In this document: one piece after another, positions 24,301 to 37,650 of the stretch
Layout of the letters: every line of letters begins with the position of its first letter
Position numbering within the stretch: the stretch's first letter is position 1
Assembly (NCBI GenBank): GCA_044892525.1
Contig: CM097885.1
Coordinates: forward strand, 126,480,001-126,544,000
Direction: 5' to 3'
DNA from: Schmidtea polychroa
Taxonomy: Eukaryota
Length of the DNA: 64,000 nt
The notes under the pieces: model-generated
Database searches by the model: none
What the model was told of the DNA's origin: nothing
Seen by the model: only the letters and a program-made list of their open reading frames with translations
Program-made: the position numbers and the translations under genes

Positions 24301-27300
24301 TCCAATAACTTGAGATTGAGCCATGATTGAATTGGAAACATTGGATAATTGTTCAACGCTTTGGCTAGTAAAAATTTGAATTGTGTTGATCTTTTTAAGA
24401 GCTCGATTAAATAGAATATCATATTCATAAGTTAGCAAGTTTATCTTTTTATCGCTAATGTCATAAATGGTTTCAGATAATTTAATTCAGGTAAGTTCCT
24501 CTTTTGTCATTTCATGATTTACAGCAATTAAATCGTTGATTTGCAATCGTTTTGATAAACTTTGAAAAATTGAATTAATGTCAATTAGAAATTTTCCATT
24601 AATAATTTGCAACGATCTTGTTGAGTCACGCAGATACAAAACACATGTCTACTTTCAAATATTACCTTCGATATATTGCTCATTGAAATACGACATCAAA
24701 CATTCATTATCTTCCATATTTCACTAAAGCCGAAAATTCAAAAATTTACATAAAAGATATCTTTTAAACAAAAATTCCTCGAACCAAACTCGAATTACCA
24801 GAATTAAAATCAATTTTCTAAATCCAAATTAATATCAAAATCTACAATAAAAAAAATAGCAACCTACTTCTCGCGCACACTAACAAGAATCGGTTTAACC
24901 ATACCGCGCGCACAGACGCGATGCCAAAAGCACCAAACAAACTGCCAGTCAGAGGTAAATGCTATTCCCCCTCTNNNNNNNNNNNNNNNNNNNNNNNNNN
25001 NNNNNNNNNNNNNNNNNNNNNNNNNNNNNNNNNNNNNNNNNNNNNNNNNNNNNNNNNNNNNNNNNNNNNNNNNNNNNNNNNNNNNNNNNNNNNNNNNNNN
25101 NNNNNNNNNNNNTGCTTTATCAATGTAGTATTGATTCATTTAGACAGGAATTTATGTTTATATAATATGTTTATAATCATTTTCTCCTGCATCTTTATTC
25201 ACTTTCTGAATTAAATTCAAAAATCTCCGTAAGCCAGTAACTAGAGTTGCAAGTATCTCTAGTAGTTGGCCACCATACACTGTAGGGGAAAGTACCTTTA
25301 AGTTTATATATAATGTAGTTCAATTTCTCCAATTCTTAAATATCCGTCTCTAATTCTTTAAAAGTTGTTCTATTATTTTATTATATAACCATTTTCGTAG
25401 AAATGCTAATATAAAATGGAAATATATTTTTAGAAATTTAAAGACAGTGACATTTATATATGCGAATCCAAATATTCTGTGATCGATAATCGTTTCAAAA
25501 AATTAAAGGTTGGATTAAATCTAGTTGCTGAATCTAAATAAAAAGAGAATTTAGAATTTGACTTACAAGAATAATGCAATAAAAGATCATTTTATTATCC
25601 GTGAAGATCCATTAGTTCTCCAGCGTACATATTCAACAGTTGCTACTGAAACTGTAAAACACGAATCGAATGAATTTATGTTTGTTTTGGAGAATACCAA
25701 AGAAGTCTGCCAATTCAATATATTAAAAAATTAGAAATTAATATTGTAATTAGAGTGTTCTTCAAGAAGATCGATCAGGAACTGAGAGTTGTGTATACTA
25801 TGATCAATATATATGTGACAATGGTTTCAGCGTCAAAGTTGGTGAGTAATTATCATTAACAATAATGCATGAATATCTAACCTCGAATAGGAGATTATGT
25901 TTATGTGAAGGATTCGTCAAGCAAATTACAAATAGTTAGAATTGATCAATTATGGAAGAATGTGTTGTTAGTAAAGAATTTTTACATTATTAAATTTTTA
26001 ATAAATTATTAAATTAAAAAAAAATTTAATTGAAAATTTTTATCCAATAAACGAATAAACGAATGAATAAATAGATTTTTGTTAAGTTGCCTATATATTG
26101 CTACGCGATAAAGACAGTAAATATAAAATTTGACAATCATTTAATTTTAATTGACAATATAACATTTTTTAAATTTCAATATTATCTTAAAATGAATTTT
26201 TTCCTATTGTGTGATAGAAATTATCCCATTTCTAAACTGCTACAGTATAAGTTATAATATATTTAATATTATTATTGATTTATATTGTGTCATAACAGTA
26301 ACTTGATTTGATATCATTTTTTCAAAGGATTCTTATTTATTTGTATATTAAATTTAATTACTTGATTAAGCTTTAACCCTTTCCAGCCCAAATTTTTTCA
26401 AAACAAAAAAAAATATATGCAGTAAGTAGGTACCAAAACTACTTATTTTATCATAAAAATATTTTACTTCATTTTTTTTGTTGCCCCCTTAGAAAAAATC
26501 AGTATGATTCCATTTGGCAACATTGGGCACATAGGTACCATACGTAAGATGGATAGATGGTAAAAATAAAATGCATTTTTCTTTGTTGTTACTAGTTTTT
26601 ATTGTGATATATTTTAAAACAATTTTTTTCTTTTGCAAGACAAAGTGCAACTTTACATTTATCACATTGCGTTCTCGAGTATGATGTTTTACATAATCGG
26701 CAGCGCTGTTTTTGTTCCACATGACTTGGCCAATGTCCTATGCCATCGTACTGAACATCTACAGTAGGAGTTATTGTTGTTACACGTTGTTTTTTTGGTA
26801 TACTGGGAACCGTATCTGAAGGTCTTCCTCGTTTTCGTTCTGTAGACTTGCCAACTAACAACAGGCCATTCGCAATTTCTGCTTGAAATTTTATAAGTGG
26901 CATATGTTTATTGCCATTCTGTTGGCAGTGTCGTCTATACAAAAGCCAAGAATTAACGATACAAATATTTATGAAGTTAAATATTATTCGTAAATATAAC
27001 CTTTTGCCCTTTATATTTATACGCTAGAGTTCTACGAGCATATCGTGAAGATCGACACCTCCCATAAACATATTGTATTCTTTTACAATGGCTGGTCGTT
27101 GGATGTGTACATATTTTTTGGAAGCTAATGACCATCTTTTGATGGTATCAAATGGTAAATGCCCTACATAGTTCGATGCCAAATGAACTGGTTTGTTATC
27201 TAGCCATTTTGTCACAGTAATGTTATTTGTAACGTCTGTTCTGAAGTCAAACGATCCTCTGCCTCGTCGTTTTAGAATGGAGTCCGCTTCTAAATCTATG

Positions 27301-30300
27301 CCAAGCATACGGCATACACGCACTGTACCAGTAGCCAAAAAACTTTTTTCATTCAGTGCAACTAATAATTTATGAGATGTGAATCAGTTGTCCATGAACA
27401 CTTTGAAATTTTTATTTGGTTCTAAATTTTCCAACAAGCGAAGAACAATGTGGCCACTTATACCCAAAGTACTCTCAGTTTTTGCGGTTCCTTTTCCAAC
27501 ATAAATTTCGTAGTCATATATGATACCACTTGCCCCTGCACGGGCAAATACTTTGATGCCCCACTTGTGGGGTTTATTCCTTATATATTGTTTCAGAGAG
27601 TTTTTACCTTTGAAAGGTATCAATATTTCGTCAATTGAATTGAATTCTTCAGGTTCAATCTTACCCATATTATACTTCACCTGGTTTAGAAATGGCCTAA
27701 TTTTAAACAATTTGTCGTGGGCTGGATCGATTCTTGCAAGGGCTTTGTTGTTATCATTGAAGTGTAAAAATGTTCTAAGTTTATCGAATCTATTACGAGG
27801 CATAACACTTGCTATTTTGTCATACCTAGTTTCAGCCATCCAATACATCCGATAACTAGGAACTTTTATTATTCCACTAAGTACCTGAATTCCTATAAAT
27901 TGTTCTATTTCATTCGGACTTGTATTAATTGATGTACCTGATTTTTGTACAGAATATAAATTTGTTTGCTCGGCAATGTTGTGTATAATGTCATTGTCAA
28001 TAAACATTTTAAAATACTGATACACTGATTTATCATCGTGTGGTGGATTTGAAAAATTTAAATTAAAATTTGTATCCACCGTATCGATTTCTTTTTTACG
28101 CCATGAACATGGTCGAACAGAATGTGCAGGTACATTTGGAGTAATATTTTCTAGGTCACTTTCACTTTCTTCTTCCTGGTTCGAAATATCTTCTTCGTCG
28201 GAATCGTTACCACTTGTAGTTGGTCGCTGCTCATCTATCGGCTCAGAGAAATGTTGCTGCAATAAGTCCTCTTCTAGATCATCATCTGACATTTCACTAC
28301 CAGAATCCTGAATCATACGATAAGCTTCTTCAGATGTAAGGGTGTTTAGATTTATCCTTTTATTGAAAGACATCTGAAAAAAAATTATTTCAAACGATAA
28401 ATATAAGAACAGAAGCAAATAGGTGAACCTAAATTAAATCTCAGACAAATTCAGGCATTTAGTGAGTAATATAATCTATAAAAACTTAAAGTTTACCAGA
28501 ATTATAGTTCAACATAAGAAGTAGGCCAAGTGCCCAAAGATTCCAATTGGAATCACAAATTCAATAGGTTATAAAATTATTATAAACATATATTTACCTT
28601 TTGTTCTTGCAATATCACAAACACTAAGCTTTTCTTGAAGTAAATCAATTTTTATTTTAGATAAATAATAACGAAACCACTTATAAAACAACACTTTTTC
28701 TTCGATGTGCGCAACATATAGGTTATGTGAGAGCAGGCTTACAAATGTCGTTACTTTTCTGACAGCTGATACAAATTTAGTGAGATAAAAATTGTGCCAA
28801 CTGTTAAAAACATATCTTACTATAGTTCTCACTAGTTACTGCCAACCGTTTTGGTAGTAGAGAGAAAAAAACTGAGTTTTTAACTAATGATTCCATTTGG
28901 AATCACTGGGCTGGAAAGGGTTAATAAATGTACGTTCATTAAATTTCAATTAGGCATCAACTTAAAGCACGTAGAATAATTAAAATTTGTCGAATAACTA
29001 TTTGAGTGCATGATATTTATTATTATTATTTAGTAATGTTTGATTATTATTTTTATTATTTAATTTGATCATTATTTTTAATAATGTTTTATCACTTTAT
29101 TATTTATTATGCTTATTAATTATTATTTTTAAACAATTAAATGATAATTTAAGCTTTTTGCTGCGAAAAATATATTTAATAAAAATGAAAAATTGCAATG
29201 TTTACTTAAGTTTTTATTCCTTTTTTTTCTCTGTCATTATAAGAATAATCATTCAAAATTTAATTTTTTATCTGTCGATTGATTTAAATTCTTTTTTTTC
29301 CACTGAAAATGGATCAAGAAATTACAATAAATAAATTAATTATTACCATAAAAGTAAGATGGATAAATTTTGGTCAGTAGATTAAATATAAATTAAGGTT
29401 TATGAAAATTTAATTAATTGAATTTAATTTTTTAATAATATCAGTGGCTAATTAGTATAATGAATATTTGCATTATTCCTCACACCAAGTTCTGTACCAA
29501 ATAATATTAAATAAATTAATTTATTTATATGAACACCTAGGTTAAGTTAATGAGAAAAAACATGGGAAAAAGTACTGAATTTTAAAAGCCTATAATAGAT
29601 GAGTTTCTTGAAGCCTGGACAACTTCAATGTTTCCAGAAGGGATATTTCCTTCTCATATGTCAATAGATCGTTAAAATTAAATCAATTTAAGGTGTTTGT
29701 CAGTTAATTAACCCGATTGAAATTTTATAATGAGAAATTATGGTATTACATATGACAAATAATAGCCCGGATTATTTTTATTCATTTTTCGTAACAGGAA
29801 CTGTAAACATAAAACAATTTCATGTCTCATGACAAATTCCATCAAATACCCATTACTGTGGTAAATCTCGACTGACTTTATATTAGTATTTTTTTAATTT
29901 AAAATGATCATTTTTTTAAAATAATGTTTTATTACTATTTATAATCTATTATTTATTATTATTATTATTATTTCTTGGTAGCATCATAAATTAATAGTTC
30001 AACAAGTAAATGATAAAATAATATTTTCAGTATATTATTTTATTCTTTATTTTATTCGTTGACTCAAATTAAATTGACTTATCACGATTACTTATTTTAC
30101 ATTTTTAAGAACTGGTTGAAATTGCAAATAATATTAGATAAAAATAACATATTAAATATTTGGCAATGAAATCTCAATCATAGTAAATGTATAAGATTTT
30201 AATAAAAATGATCACCTTGATATAAAAAATGTTTATACACTTAGTAGACAATGCATAAATTTGTTGAAACCGATTTGTGAAAGTATTGAAATTTTACTAA

Positions 30301-33300
30301 ATGATCTCATTGTTATTTAAATTACATAAAAGCTTATTTTTTCACACATGTATTTAACACATTGACGGACAGTAGAAACAAGTGACATTTGAAAATTGAC
30401 ACTATATGACGGCTATAGACGCAAGTGTCCGTCAACGTGTTAATAAACTTTGTTCTGCTCCCATATATTGTTCATTAACTATTGTTCTGAGTTGCAAATC
30501 TTCTACTAGAATATTTACTAATAGCTTAATACATATCAAATATAGATGTTTAGGAATACAGTTCTTTGTTGCTTATTTATAAGCAATAATCAATCATTGA
30601 TGTACTATTTATTCAATTCTACATTTAATATATTTAATATAAAAACACAATGGTAAAATATGGTAGTAAAAACATTATTTTTTGTGTGGTATATGAATAC
30701 AGTAGAACCCCAATTATCTGGTAATTACACAATAATTATATAATAAATTAATTTTTGTGAAAACTAATACGCTTATGTTGCAGACAAAATGTTGCATATT
30801 TCTCGGGACCTTGGTTTATTAAGGCCATGAATGTCGAACATATGCCCACGAAAGTATTTTATCGAAAAGAGGTATTTCTTAGTTCGCTGGATGGTGCTAC
30901 ACATTTACTTTCTACGATTATTGGAAAATGTGTGATATTATCGTTTTCGGACTATTGCAAATGTATTGAATTGTTGTTTTGAAAGGTTAATGTTTTGACA
31001 TGTGTATAAACTTAGATCGGCCCACTGAATACGCTGAGGACAACATGTATGTTTGCGAATTTAAATATTTTAGTGAAGAAAAAGTTGCTAAAAAATTAAA
31101 GAAAGGTCTTAAAGTAAATATTCTAATCATTGATTATCCTTGACTAATTTCTATGAAGAAAGCACAATTATCGACAAAAGCATTGGACGATGAGATATAT
31201 TTTTTCAAGCGGGAATTAGTCCCTAATAGGGTATAATTGATGATAATTTTTAAATTATCACAGGTTAACTATATATATAACAGGAAGCATCGCCTCTGCT
31301 ATATAAATGTAGTACTGATTCATTAAGACAGGAATATATTACTCAAATGATATACATGAATCAAGTTCCATTGTCCATCTCAAATCCGCAAATATCTCAA
31401 GCTGAAGAAGAGACTAAGGATACTTCTGTTTCACTCGATGAATCTCAATGTAATGTATCTGTGACATCATCTAGCAATAACGGAAGTGTGAGACGATCAG
31501 GAAAGAAGGTATAATTTTATGAAAATTGAAATAATTGCATTTAAAAAATATAAATATATAATTTCTGGGGTTTTGGGACAAGTTATTGATAATTTTCACA
31601 TATCCCGTGCGGAATTTTTTAAAAATCCATACTAAAAATTATATACAAAATATAACATATAATTTATTTATTTAATTATTCACATTCGTAGATGTAGTTT
31701 AAATGAATATTTATCGATTAGTAGCCAATTTTTTCATTATCGATTAGTAGCCAATCCTCTACATTTCTTATACAAATAGTGGGTTACTTTTTTTGGTGAC
31801 CCACACAGATTTTTGTTTTAATTGGTGAGTCTATGGCGTAATCAAAATTTTGAAGTTTAATTTTTAATACACCATTTTTGAATTTACTCATCATTCTAAA
31901 CAACTTGAGATATTTTCACTCAAACGATGTATCCACAGTCATAACAACTTAACCCTTTGACCACTGTCGGGATATATATGTCCAAGTCAAATTTAAAAAA
32001 AATATAGGTGCCTTGTCCCACTCGTGTTTATAGTATTTGTTCTGCCGGCTAGCAAACTTAACATTTTATTTCATTCGTTGTCACAGTTTACAGCATGTGC
32101 TTTGTGAAATAGTGGTTATAATACCTACATTATTGTTTATTTTGGGAAGTATTTATATCAAAGGGTAAGCACATTTATTTTTTTGTGTATATGTTTATAT
32201 TTTTTTATAAAACTGCATGCAATAATAGTTTTTGCCTTACATTTAGTTAGTTGGACATATATGTCCCGCACTCAAATTTCAAATTTGCAGCATTGGAAAA
32301 ATTTGAAATCAACATTACACGTTTTAAACAAAGCTATATAGCTGATTTCTATCGTTAAAGTTACAGAAATTTCATTTTTTAAAATTCGTCGTGAAAGGGT
32401 TAAACAGCGCCTTTTTTAAACAACTTTTACATACAAAATATGTACACCAAAGAGAGGAGAACAGCACTGTCAATATATTTTATACGATTAAACCGATACC
32501 AGCTTATTTGCAATAATCTAAAAATAACGCCAAAAGATTACCGCTTCTCTAAAGTACTCAGAAGCTTTATCACAAACTCACCAGAATATATGATTATCAA
32601 TGTGTTTTTCAACTTTGTCGTCATGAATTTCCAATATATTTTATCAATTATACCGATAAATTGACATTTTTAAAATTTCTATAATTTTCATTTTTATTGA
32701 TTATTTTGTGAATTTACAAAATGACTTTTTAATACAATTAATTGTACTTTAATTGTCGAAAATTTCGTTCTCAGAAAAAACTTAGGAAACCTCCATCTGG
32801 ATATGTACTTTATGCAGGCGAGGTTAGGAAAAAATTACTAAAAGAAAAGCCTGAAGCTCAATTTGGTGATATAAGTAAAGAAGTCGGTCAAATGGTTAGT
32901 TACATTTCAATACTATGGAAATAAATAAAATTCAGTGGAGAAGTATGAACCAATCTGAAAAAGATGTATTCGAGCGTCGAGCATTAGAAATTAAGTATGC
33001 AATGGAAAAAGAAAATGCTTTAGCTAAAAACCTTTTCCCGGGAAATCCTACACAACAGCAACCACAACAACCGCAACCACAACAACAACAGCAGATGCAA
33101 AATGTTCCTCAACAAATGTACGTTACAACGACGCATGCACAAAATCAAAGGAGTTTTATCCAAATACCTCAAAATGGTCAATCGATAATTACAACAGGCA
33201 GTAATCCACACCCAAATCAACCTGCGCCAATACATTATTTCCAAGCTTCCAATGGACAAGTGCTCCAATTTATATCATCTAATGTACAGCAAGCGGGAGG

Positions 33301-34512
33301 ATCAAATGGTGTGCAATTTACCCCAAATTCTGGTTCTGATCAACAATTACAAATGATTCAACAGCCAAATCAAAATTCACAGCAGGTTCACATAAAAATT
33401 AATCACTGAAACATTGAAATTTATTCCCACTTTGATTTCGACAGGTTATTTATCAATTAGCTTCACAAAACCAAAGCAATAGCCAACAAATTATTAATAA
33501 TCCCACTCAATTCAACAACTCTCAATATATGATGCCTCAAAACAAAATGAGTCCATTCTCATCGCCACAATTATCGAATCCCCAACAGCCTGGGCAAATG
33601 GCAAATATCGGTGGATTACCAATGAGTCAGGTTCCTCAAAACCCAGGATTTTCAAATTTCAATCCGAATCCACCGACCCAATCACCAAATTACAATTTGA
33701 CACAAAGTTTGTTCAATTATTTTATTTTTATTTTACTCTTACGATTGTGATAAAATTGATTTTGAGAACATTTTATTGATTAAAATTTTTTTTATCAAAC
33801 TAATTTATAATTTTTCTTTTGTTTGATTATAAAATTTGGAATTTATTTAACACGCTCTTTTAAACAATTTTAAATCGAAAAATCATTGATGACCAATTAA
33901 CAGTGAATATATATATAGACTGTAGTGGAAATTAATTGCGTTAACCGAGAAATTCCGGATAGAAAATCCTGTGGAAATTTCATGATTTCTGCTTTATAAC
34001 AATTAAGATAAGGAATTATAATTTTCCAACAATAATTAAAATGCTTCATTTAATTAACCGAAATATAATGTCAACATTTAGCTCAACCTGTTCCTGAAAT
34101 CAATCAACCATCCGCTAATTTTGTATCCGTTCCATCTCGCAGTGCCCGAGTTTTGCATTCGGAAATATATCAAAAGTAGTTTGCTTATTTTTTCAATTTT
34201 GTGTGATAAATACTCTTTAGATATATTGAAAAACTACGCAAGAATTCTGCTTATCTTAGTGATTGGAAGCAACAATTAGAATTTTCGAAAGAAAGTGTTC
34301 TTAATGCCCAAGGTAGCAATAAGCAAACATATATCAACAAGTTGTGTCAAGATGTTGCTCCCGCATTTTTGGATTCGACAATGTTGGTGGACAAGGATGG
34401 AAAAAGATTGTCTCAAGATGTAATCATCGATAGTTTGTTTAAACTTCGAGATCATTTATTACATGATGCTATGAATATTCGGACAAAAGTTCTTGGTCTT
34501 GAGGAATTATAA
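15319..34512 (+). CDS. PBRM1: Polybromo-1 (BAF180), multi-exon: 6 bromodomains, 2 BAH, HMG box, conserved C terminus
   Basis: Start MPCKRSRRSSSVS at 15319. Bromodomain exons at ~15524-15888, 17650-17817, 18004-18591, 19902-20425, 20470-21500; BAH1 at 23075-23433 and 25434-25508; BAH2 at ~25755-25962 and 30784-31230; HMG at 32775-33000. C terminus RVLHSEIYQKYIEKL..SDWKQQL..KLRDHLLHDAMNIR, TAA at 34510-34512. Most introns are 30-60 nt GT-AG; some exon borders are approximate. Confidence 0.95.
16212..16877 (+). repeat. ~670-bp intronic block duplicated at 29189-29878
   Basis: Near-identical sequence from AATTGCA..TTTACTTAAG to AAATCTCGACTGACTT in both places. Confidence 0.9.
21862..22690. mobile_element. 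hAT-derived non-autonomous element (approximate)
   Basis: Left end CAGTGCTTCTCAAACTTTT; right end AAAAAGTTTGATAAACCCT is an imperfect inverse. TSD not confirmed. Confidence 0.4.
23799..24031. mobile_element. piggyBac-type MITE (233 bp)
   Basis: TTAA-CCCTACACTGCAT ... ATGCAGTGTAGGG-TTAA: perfect 13-bp TIR and TTAA TSD. Confidence 0.85.
24175..24720 (-). pseudogene. Decayed ORF ending in a cold-shock-domain-like fragment
   Basis: MAQSQVIGHVKWFN; a shifted frame then gives NGF before INK, resembling the Y-box CSD VLGTVKWFNxxNGYGFINR. The upstream frame contains stops. Confidence 0.4.
24975..25112. other. Assembly gap (138 N)
   Basis: Run of n in the sequence. Confidence 1.
26377..28920 (-). 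mobile_element. Full-length piggyBac transposon (2544 bp) in a PBRM1 intron, antisense to the host gene
   Basis: TTAA-CCCTTTCCAGCCCA (26377-26390) ... TGGGCTGGAAAGGG-TTAA (28907-28920); internal transposase frame; GATTCCA(T/A)TTGG subterminal motifs at ~26506, ~28539 and ~28889. Confidence 0.95.
26592..28373 (-). pseudogene. piggyBac transposase (PGBD2/3-like), 593 codons, two in-frame stops
   Basis: One frame throughout: SIDE, FMDN*FTS (TGA 27384-27386), GGVDLHD, VEL*RI (TAG 27024-27026) and a C-terminal Cys-rich CRLC..CDKC..LC..NCF. Confidence 0.9.
29189..29878 (+). repeat. Second copy of the 16212-16877 block
   Basis: Direct near-identity with 16212-16877. Confidence 0.9.
30358..30439. 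mobile_element. 82-bp TTAA-flanked mini-MITE
   Basis: TTAA-CACATTGACGGACA ... TGTCCGTCAACGTG-TTAA (one mismatch in the TIR). Confidence 0.75.
31953..32399. mobile_element. piggyBac-type MITE (447 bp)
   Basis: TTAA-CCCTTTGAC ... GTGAAAGGG-TTAA; internal inverted GGGATATATATGTCC / GGACATATATGTCCC. Confidence 0.75.
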
Positions 34513-36499
34513 AACATACTTTTTTAATTTATTATTTGTACTTTTAATATAAATATATGTGCACTTTTGTATTGATATTTATTTAATATTTTAATAAAAT
34601 ATATCAATTTGTACTTTTATTTGTATTCGCGTTTTGTTGTATAATTTATTTGCTTGTTATTTTAGTAATATATTTAAATATCTTCATAATGTAATGAGAA
34701 TGTTATTGTTAACCGATTAAATGGAATTAGTGAACAACACTTTAATTATTCACATTATACAACGGTTTAGAAATTATTTCTAATAATATAAAATTAGAAG
34801 AATAAAAATTTTTAATGCTTATATGACGCTATTTTTATTTAAATTAAAAAGCCAATATTAATATTTGTATGTATGATATACGGAACCAGTATATCAAATC
34901 GAATCAACACCAATGAAACCGCCTAAAGATACATAAATTTGGCTGGAGAAGGCAAGATTCTAACAATATTGAAAAACAAGACACTAATAACGAGTCGCAG
35001 ATTGGCAAAGAATGTCAAAGTAGAATGTGCCTTCGGCATAAAAGCTAGTCTAAAAAAGACATCCTTCAAAGAAATCAAGACAAACTAATTCGCCAAAATC
35101 TGAGATCATATAGAGAATAATTGGGATTTGTTAATCAAGCAAAAGCCAACAGAAATAAAAGAGTGTATGAGCAATCTCCAAGATAATGCGATTTGGTAAC
35201 TAAAACCATCAGATTAATTAGACGATACGGGAGATTGATGATGAAAGGGCAGATCTCAAAATCACTATACGATTACCTAGTAAGGAACAAGAAATCCTGA
35301 CAAATAAATGAACTAATAACAATGATAAACGAGACAATAATAGAAGAAGCCCGAGCAAATAGCAAAGATGAAATAATAGATCTGGTCATGATATATAATA
35401 AACATATCTTACAATTGGATAACGACACCTTAAGCGAATTAGGTATATGGGATGATGAACAAACGATAAAAATCATGCTGATGGATGAGCCATTGACCAA
35501 AAAATACTCTTAACATAAAGATGTTTGATATATTGTGGTTTATTAGTGGTTGATTTCCCGACTGGATCTTGTACATCAGAAATGGAAAATGGAATGGATA
35601 TAAAGATCAAATAACTAATATTGCAGGATGACAATAAATTTGAAAAATTTGAGATGAATAGAAACAAATGTAAACAGAAATCAAATCTAGTAGCAAGCTG
35701 TAGAAAATGAAGCGTCAAGGAGAAATCACCGGAGCAGATAAGGAGGAAAGCAGTAAGAATCATTACAGTATTAAAACAAAATATTATTATAATTTATTAA
35801 TATTCTTACAAATATTTTCTAAATGATAGTGATAAAGTTTACATTTTATTCTCTGAGTTTTTCAGATCTATGGAATTTATGCTCGTTGGATGGTTATTTT
35901 ATTTTTTATGTGTAATTTTTATGAGTTCCTACAACTAATCTCGCGAGATGTGGCTTTGGTTTCCGGTTTTTTTATTATTTATTGGTTTCTTTATGATCTT
36001 TTTGAAAATATGGCGTCCTAACAGTATAGTTAGCAAATATCCTGTCTAGGGAAGTTCGACTTTAGAATTTCACTCTCAGTAAATGATCACATTTTTTTAC
36101 GAATATACTCACAACGAGAACTATCCCACATACACACTAACAATTACTACAAAAAATTTTCGAAACGAAAAAAAGAGTAGATCCTTGCTCAAATTTATGA
36201 AATTGACGGTAATTAACATCAATTAAGGAGGACCATAATTAAGAATGAACAAATAGCGAAAAAATGAATGCGTAATAATAAATCAACGTAAGACCTTCTA
36301 CAGGCAGCTATGAACCCGAAAATGAGAGTGCAATAAGCAGTTATATCAGTGGAGCTCATCTGCTCATTGATTTTCAACCTCTGTGTATATTACCACCATA
36401 GTTTCTGCCATGGATACACGGATGCCAAAAGTAAAATAGTCATGAAGGCGTTTAACGAATAATCGACGATAAATCTAACAGTTACCCTAGAGAAGTAAA

Positions 36500-37650
36500 A
36501 TAACAAATTCCTTAAGAGCCAAAAATACCTAAAACCCAGGAGAATAATAGAAATCCACCAACACTGGCTAAAAGATCACGAACTAAAAGATGTAATGAAA
36601 AAACTAGACACCAGAAAATGCGAACGAACACCATGGGAAAGAATCGGGAACGAAGTAAATAAGAAATTGGAGATGAAAGACGGAATGTTCGAAAAGAATG
36701 ACATTGAAGAAACAGACGAGATAGTGATAGAAATTCAAGACGATCTGTCACCCTATGAAACCGAGGATGCAAAATCAATGTCAGTTGAAGATGAGGATGA
36801 TAAAATGGAAATACAACAAATCTGTGCGTTACAAAGACATGAATTATGTCCTGCAGAAATGGAAAGGAAGAAATAGCAAAAACTTTCAGAAGCCACAGAA
36901 AATAGAAAATGTTAAGAATTCGGTGAGATCTTAAGATCAAGCTCAAGAAATCAATGATGATTAGCAATGGACATCGTAAGGCAAAAATATCAACAACTTG
37001 AGAGTATTATTCAAAGAGATTGAAGAATATCGACGGAAAGTAATTTAGAATCCAAAGAAAATTGATCAAGTAATTTAAAAATGGAAAAATCGAGAATGGG
37101 CACAAATTAGTCCGGGGAAAATATAAAATCAAAGTCGAATGTCCGGATCAAACAATCGAAGAGTTGGATGTACACCCAACAGCGAAAACAATAGAATTAA
37201 GAAGTTTTATTTCATCTACAAATCCATGGTCGATCACTAGATAACTATTTAGATGTTGGAGTTACACTCATGGTATTGAACGAAACCAACACATTAATAA
37301 TAGATGAAACGTTGGGAAGGCCACTTTAAAGAAAAACCAGAAAAAAAGAAGCAGTTAAAGGAAGCCTGAGCATACCAAGCTTAAATAAGGAATCAGAAAA
37401 ATTACCAGAACCAAAAACCAAAATAACTATTCTAGAAGATAGTGAATATGAGAATGAACCAGCATCACTATTTCTAGTCAAACTATCGACCAAGGGTGGA
37501 CAATGGAGAACAGTACAATTATCAACAAGTCAAAATTGAGTTGAAAAGTGGAGTGAACTAGAGCGGATAAACAATACCACAGAAACAGAGACAAGCAATA
37601 CTCTCTCCAATTAATAAAGGGATGACAGAAACGAAAGCAGTCAAGAGTTA
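36500..37650 (+). mobile_element. Decayed gag/protease-like remnant
   Basis: Purine-rich broken ORFs; YLDVGVTLMVL (~37250) resembles a degenerate retropepsin LDTG motif. Confidence 0.3.

Noticed and set aside
27024-27386. Alternative genetic code suggested by in-frame TGA/TAG in the transposase
   Set aside because: The two stops replace different residues, and TGA terminates both copies of the element ORF at the same position; ordinary nonsense mutations suffice.
29065-29334. Hydrophobic I/L/F-rich ORFs in AT-rich DNA (also 17476, 28569, 41779, 49765, 51649, 59066)
   Set aside because: Composition artefacts of low-complexity intronic or intergenic sequence, with no motifs.
34960-35060. Harbinger/ISL2EU transposase from the VECAFGIK motif
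   Set aside because: Single short match; no other DDE_Tnp_4 motifs or TIRs found.
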